Below, in pieces: positions 35,871 to 39,501 of a stretch of DNA of 39,501 bases. Origin of the DNA: Candidatus Latescibacterota bacterium (GTDB lineage Bacteria > Latescibacterota > UBA2968 > UBA8231); NCBI GenBank assembly GCA_022820705.1, contig JAJEEZ010000439.1:1-39501 (forward strand), written 5' to 3'. The position numbers and the translations under genes were made by a program. The number at the start of each line of letters is the position of its first letter. The first letter of the stretch is position 1. A model generated the notes under the pieces. It saw only the letters and a program-made list of their open reading frames with translations. It was not told where the DNA came from and ran no database searches.

Positions 35871-36550
35871 ATGTCCACCTGCGCCGTACTCTTTGCCAAA
35901 AAACCAGCTCCCGGAGCGGTCAAAACCCGGCTCCAGAGCCATTTGAGTACCTTTGACGCCGCGCGTCTGTACGAGGCTCTGCTGCTGGACTGCGCCACTG
36001 CGCTGCATGCGACACAGGCTGCTGCCAAGGTGGTGGCCTTTACTCCGGCCCATGCTGGAGACGCCCTGCGCACCCTGCTAGCCCCGATTGGCACCTTCGA
36101 GTACGTGCCGCAGATAGGAGCCGATTTAGGACAGCGGATGGAGGGCCTGATGCAGTGGGCCTTTGCGCGAGGGGCCGAGCGGGTGGTCCTCGTCGGCTCG
36201 GACAGCCCTTCTCTGCCGGCCGCGTACATTGACGAGGGGCTGGCGCTTTTACGCGAGAAGGAAGTGGTCTTGGGCCCGAGCATGGACGGCGGCTACTACT
36301 TGGTGGGTCGGCGCAAAGGGAGAGCCGGATATTCCAAGACGTGGCTTGGAGCACCGAGATGGTGTTCGAGCAAACCTTAGGGCGCTTGGGGACGCAGACG
36401 CTCGGCCTGCTGCCGCCTTGGTACGATGTGGATACGCCGACTGATGCTAGGTTTTTAAAGGTGCATCTCGAGGCCTTGGCGCGGGCGGGTAGTAGCCAAG
36501 GACAGCACAGCTTGGCCGTGTTGCGCGACTTGAAGCTGCCACTACCCTAG
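35871..36550 (+). pseudogene. DUF2064 / TIGR04282-type (MobA/CofC-like nucleotidyltransferase fold) gene with a -1 frameshift near 36318-36322
   Basis: ATG at 35871 (GGGAGGGG RBS) opens CAVLFAKKPAPGAVKTRL...GADLGQRM...LVGSDSPSL...LGPSMDGGYYLVG in frame 0. The conserved continuation (S)RIFQDVAWSTEMVFEQTL...WYDVDTPTD is in the -1 frame (ORF 36341..36550). Confidence 0.65.
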
Positions 36551-37269
36551 CGGTCGGCTTTCTTGCGGAACAAGGCTTCCCAGCGGTCTAATTCGTCTGA
36601 CGGGCGGGCTTCCGTACCATCGCGGTCAGTCGCGGGTGGCATCTCGTCGGCTTTCTTGCGGAACAAGGCTTCCCACTGATCGAGGTCGTCCGGGTCGAGA
36701 GGTGGGTGAGCTTCGGTGCCGTCTCGGGTAGATGCTGGTGCCTTCGGTGCTTGGTCGGCTCCCTTGTGGAACAGTTTTTCCCACTGATCGAGTTCGTCCG
36801 GGTCGAGAGGTGGGTGAGCTTCGGTGCCGTCGCGACCGGGCGCAGGCGTGGATTCGTTCGACTCCTGAATAGGTTCGGTGAGTTCGTCGAGAAAATCCTC
36901 AGAACAGGTCGAGCGGATCTTGTGGCGCGTTGCGCTGCGCTGGACTGCGCGGTCCGAGCTGATGACCCGCAGCCACTTGGCACCGTGCTTTTGCGCGACC
37001 GCCTGCGCGATTAGGTCGTCGGCTTGCTGAGGGTAGCGCGAGAATTCTATGGTGACGTGCGGGCCACTTGCACTCGCTGCGCTCGACGATTCGCCGGTGC
37101 CGTCGTAATACAGGGTAATGTGCTTGTTGGCGCGGCGGCCATAGGCGGCGAGTGCCTGCTGCAGGCGGTTGCGCGCTCGTTCCAGCGAGTCGCCTCGGCC
37201 TTGGAAAAGCTGGCTCGCTTTGATGAGGTTGTAGCCGTCTATGAGCAGGTGTTCTTTCTTGGTGGCCAC
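36547..37269 (-). CDS. YacP-like NYN (PIN-like) domain RNA-binding/RNase protein with three C-terminal acidic repeats
   Basis: GTG at 37269 with GAGGA 9 nt upstream. HLLIDGYNLI...ITLYYDG...ADDLI...LRVISSDRAVQ matches the YacP/Rae1 pattern. The 5' 220 codons of ORF 36547..37929 overlap the kinase gene and are discounted. Confidence 0.75.
   Translation of the reverse strand: MATKKEHLLIDGYNLIKASQLFQGRGDSLERARNRLQQALAAYGRRANKHITLYYDGTGESSSAASASGPHVTIEFSRYPQQADDLIAQAVAQKHGAKWLRVISSDRAVQRSATRHKIRSTCSEDFLDELTEPIQESNESTPAPGRDGTEAHPPLDPDELDQWEKLFHKGADQAPKAPASTRDGTEAHPPLDPDDLDQWEALFRKKADEMPPATDRDGTEARPSDELDRWEALFRKKADR
36551..36840 (-). repeat. Three imperfect tandem coding repeats (93 and 108 nt spacing)
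   Basis: The tcggct[tt/cc]cttg[c/t]ggaaca...ttcccac/gtgatcgag... units start at 36554, 36647 and 36755. They encode RDGTEA(HPPLDP)D(E/D)LD(Q/R)WE(K/A)LF(H/R)K(G/K)AD. Confidence 0.85.
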
Positions 37270-37280
37270 GGCTGTCGTCC

Positions 37281-39122
37281 TCACGCAAGGTGGATGCCTT
37301 GGGCATTGAGCTGATAGGAGACCACTCTGCTGTTGGCAAAGGCCGCGTGTTGGCGCAGCTTGTCGAGTCTGGTGTGCAACTCGTCTGCTTGCCCCTCGGC
37401 AGCGATGAGGAGGGCAAAGCCGCCGCCGCCGGCACCGGTGAGAAGCCCGCCCTCGGTTAGGTCGGTGATCTGGGGATTTTCGAAAAGGTGTTGCAAAGCG
37501 TCGTTGGTGGCTTGGGGGTCGAGGATGCAGCGCAACTGCCAGTAGCGGTTGGCTAGCCGCCCGAGATCGGCGTATGCGCCCGCGCTCAGTGCGGTCACCA
37601 TTTCGTCGTGAATGGCCAGTGACTCGCGGATGGCTCCATAGCGCTGGTGGTCGCGCAATAGATAGGCGTCGAGGACGACGTTGAGGCCGCGGGTTGCCGA
37701 GCGCGATATCCCCGTGTCGAAGAGCACGACTCGCTCGGTGAACAAGCGCTCGTCCACCTCGGTGAGGAATGTGCGCTCGGGCGCGGGTAGGCCGTCGGTC
37801 GGCGGCGCGTAGAAGTTCTTGATGGCCGAGGGGCCACCGCTGGCACCGCGCGCATCCTGCCAACCGCTGTTGAGGCCGAGGCTCTGTTCGAGCATGAGGC
37901 TTTGGTCGTAGAGGCCGGGGTATTCGCACGCGGGCGCGGCGTAGGGGTGACCGGAGAGATGGTAGAGCATTTTGAGAATGGCGGCGGACAAGACGCCGCT
38001 GGTTCCTAGGCCGGACCCTTGTAGAACCTTACTGCTGGTGGTGATTTCCAAGCCACCGCCACCGGTAAAGGCGGCGATGTCTTGGATGACGTCTGTGGAA
38101 TTTGGCCGGACGATGCCCGCGTGTACTAGCCCTTGTTTGACCAACCGCAGGGCTTCGTCGCCGCTGCGGCGGTAGGCAAAGAACAGCTCGCTGACGGTTG
38201 CGGCCGCGCTTTGTTTGCTGGCTTCAAAGTCGGCCTTGAAGCCCCGCGAGCGCGAGCGGAGGATGAGTTGGGGTTCGGCTAGCCTCCGTGCGGAGACTTC
38301 CAGCGGTGGTTGGGCTCGCTCTTCCCGGCCCTGTTGCAGATTGACGGCGATATTGAGGGTTTTTCCCCCTTGTTCTTTACTGCGCAGGTGATTGTCCGAG
38401 GCATTGGCGCTGGAGATCCCTAGGCGCAGGGGCGATTGGATGCAAAAGGCTTGCTCGTAAGCCGCTTCGGTCATGCGCGGCGCGGCGGCGCGGCCACTGT
38501 CGAGGGCGGCCAAGCTGTGCTGGAGGTCGATGCTCTGTAGTTGGTTGATCCGCGCCTCGTAGGCTGAGGCCAGTTTGTCGATGTGCTTGGCTTCTTTGAG
38601 TTGGACAATGTCTTGGCTGTCGATGCAGCAGGGCGGCAGCGCTCGTCGCCAGACTCGCGGTTCGGCGGCGAGCGTTCGGTAGATGTCGGCCATGATGCGG
38701 GCAACGCGCATCCCGCGCAGGCAGCGGATGGAGGCATCGCATTCTTCTAGGTAAGCATTGAGGCGTTTGAGCACCTGCAAGAGCGCCTTGGGAGATTTGG
38801 GGGGCAAAAGGCGCAGCAATTGGCGGTGGTCGAGATCGACTAAACCATCGACTAGATCGACGGTTAGTTGCGGCAGTTCTTGGGCGACCGCAGCGCCGAA
38901 GAGCGCTTCCCACTCGTCGGGCGTGGTTGCCGCGAGAAGCGCGTCGATGGCCGCAGGGGTTTCCAAACGGGACAAAAGCGACCGATTGAAGAGCAGATCG
39001 CGGAGAAAGCGGCGTTTTTCCTCGGGTTTGCCGGTCCGTGCTGCGTCGAGGATGTGATCGACGAGCGATTGGACTTCGCGCAAATCAGCGGCTTGTTCGA
39101 GGCGTTCGAGGAATGCTTTCAT
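37281..39122 (-). CDS. GHMP-family sugar kinase (fucokinase-type) with a novel ~230-aa helical N-terminal extension
   Basis: ATG at 39122 (MKAFLERLEQ). GHMP motif II is LQGSGLGTSGVLSAAILKML and motif III-like is TGAGGGGFALLIA. Confidence 0.75.
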   Translation of the reverse strand: MKAFLERLEQAADLREVQSLVDHILDAARTGKPEEKRRFLRDLLFNRSLLSRLETPAAIDALLAATTPDEWEALFGAAVAQELPQLTVDLVDGLVDLDHRQLLRLLPPKSPKALLQVLKRLNAYLEECDASIRCLRGMRVARIMADIYRTLAAEPRVWRRALPPCCIDSQDIVQLKEAKHIDKLASAYEARINQLQSIDLQHSLAALDSGRAAAPRMTEAAYEQAFCIQSPLRLGISSANASDNHLRSKEQGGKTLNIAVNLQQGREERAQPPLEVSARRLAEPQLILRSRSRGFKADFEASKQSAAATVSELFFAYRRSGDEALRLVKQGLVHAGIVRPNSTDVIQDIAAFTGGGGLEITTSSKVLQGSGLGTSGVLSAAILKMLYHLSGHPYAAPACEYPGLYDQSLMLEQSLGLNSGWQDARGASGGPSAIKNFYAPPTDGLPAPERTFLTEVDERLFTERVVLFDTGISRSATRGLNVVLDAYLLRDHQRYGAIRESLAIHDEMVTALSAGAYADLGRLANRYWQLRCILDPQATNDALQHLFENPQITDLTEGGLLTGAGGGGFALLIAAEGQADELHTRLDKLRQHAAFANSRVVSYQLNAQGIHLA

Positions 39123-39180
39123 GTGGTTAGTCAGGGATGAGGGTTGCTGAAAATTATACGCAAAAAACGCGCGCCGCGCA

Positions 39181-39501
39181 TTAGGGAGGGGCGGCATCGC
39201 CCATGAGTTCGCCAGCCTCGATTGCGAACTCGAGGTAGTTTTGTCGCGGAGGTAGCGGGCAGATATAAATGGGATTGTACGCGCAGTATGGGTTATAAGC
39301 GTTATTGAAGTCAATGACATACATGCCATCGTCCTCCCTCGTCAGGCGCGCGTAGCGCCCGCCTCCATACGTGGTGTGGCCGTTGGTCAGATCTTTGAAG
39401 AAGATTTCCGTTTCGCCGGTTTGTGGGCTGCGGTACACCTCCAGCCAAAAATCGTTTTCGCCGAAGGCCGAAACAAAGCGTCCGAATCGCTCAAGCTCGG
39501 T
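39181..39501 (-). CDS. DUF1684 domain protein, 5' end beyond window
   Basis: The reading frame stays open to the window edge by my own translation (TELERFGRFVSAFGENDFWLEVYRSPQTGE...). FKDLTNG.TTYGGGRY...IDFN.AYNPYCAYN....CP.PP..N.L...I.AGE is the DUF1684 signature. Confidence 0.75.
   Translation of the reverse strand, partial: TELERFGRFVSAFGENDFWLEVYRSPQTGETEIFFKDLTNGHTTYGGGRYARLTREDDGMYVIDFNNAYNPYCAYNPIYICPLPPRQNYLEFAIEAGELMGDAAPP

Noticed and set aside
36312-36323. Programmed -1 ribosomal frameshift at CGC AAA GGG AGA in the DUF2064 gene.
   Set aside because: In the zero frame this is not a canonical X XXY YYZ slippery heptamer, since the codons are AAA GGG. I saw no obvious downstream pseudoknot or hairpin. 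A homopolymer indel is more likely.
39162-39179. Minimal hairpin GCGC-GGC-GCGC plus T6 after the DUF1684 stop (minus strand), with a TATAAT (39158-39153) before the kinase gene.
   Set aside because: A 4-bp stem is too short to call a terminator with confidence. I note it only as a possible boundary between transcription units.

Overview
High-GC, very gene-dense bacterial chromosomal segment with about 40 protein genes on both strands. The organism is diderm, since LptB, a long LptC/LptA-like protein, an LptE-like lipoprotein, a TolC-family OMP and several lipobox proteins are present. Most of the window is core housekeeping. It holds an rsmF-like gene cut by the left edge, apbC/mrp, a Gfo/Idh/MocA oxidoreductase, a dksA-like gene, a transaldolase plus SIS (GmhA-like) isomerase plus polyprenyl synthase group, an M42 peptidase, an ECF sigma factor, rmlC, pyrE, smc, gatC, pyrG, the lptC/A-lptB-rpoN cluster, and a DUF1684 gene cut by the right edge. 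I saw no rRNA, tRNA, CRISPR array, transposase or integrase. The less ordinary content is as follows. (1) A full-consensus sigma-54 promoter (TGGCACG-N4-TTGCT) lies upstream of the ECF sigma gene, with two adjacent 16-bp palindromes at enhancer distance and rpoN in the same window. (2) A tightly packed minus-strand four-gene operon encodes an unrecognisable 398-aa protein, a split TPP-dependent 2-oxoacid decarboxylase (ComD/ComE-like) and a LarA/DUF2088-like protein. (3) A GHMP (fucokinase-type) kinase with a roughly 230-aa novel helical N-terminus is co-transcribed with a YacP-type NYN protein that carries three C-terminal acidic repeats. (4) An 826-aa lipoprotein has 5 cadherin-like and 6 PD40 repeats, some nearly identical at the DNA level. 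(5) A visibly AT-rich brnT/brnA-like toxin-antitoxin islet is present. (6) Three genes are damaged: an in-frame TAG in a metallophosphoesterase, a -1 frameshift in a DUF2064 gene, and a decayed methyltransferase remnant after rpoN. (7) There are several candidate RNA elements: a consensus sigma-70 promoter with a structured leader, an orphan terminator before gatC, and an SD-sequestering hairpin. All functional calls rest on motif recognition by eye and no database search was run.
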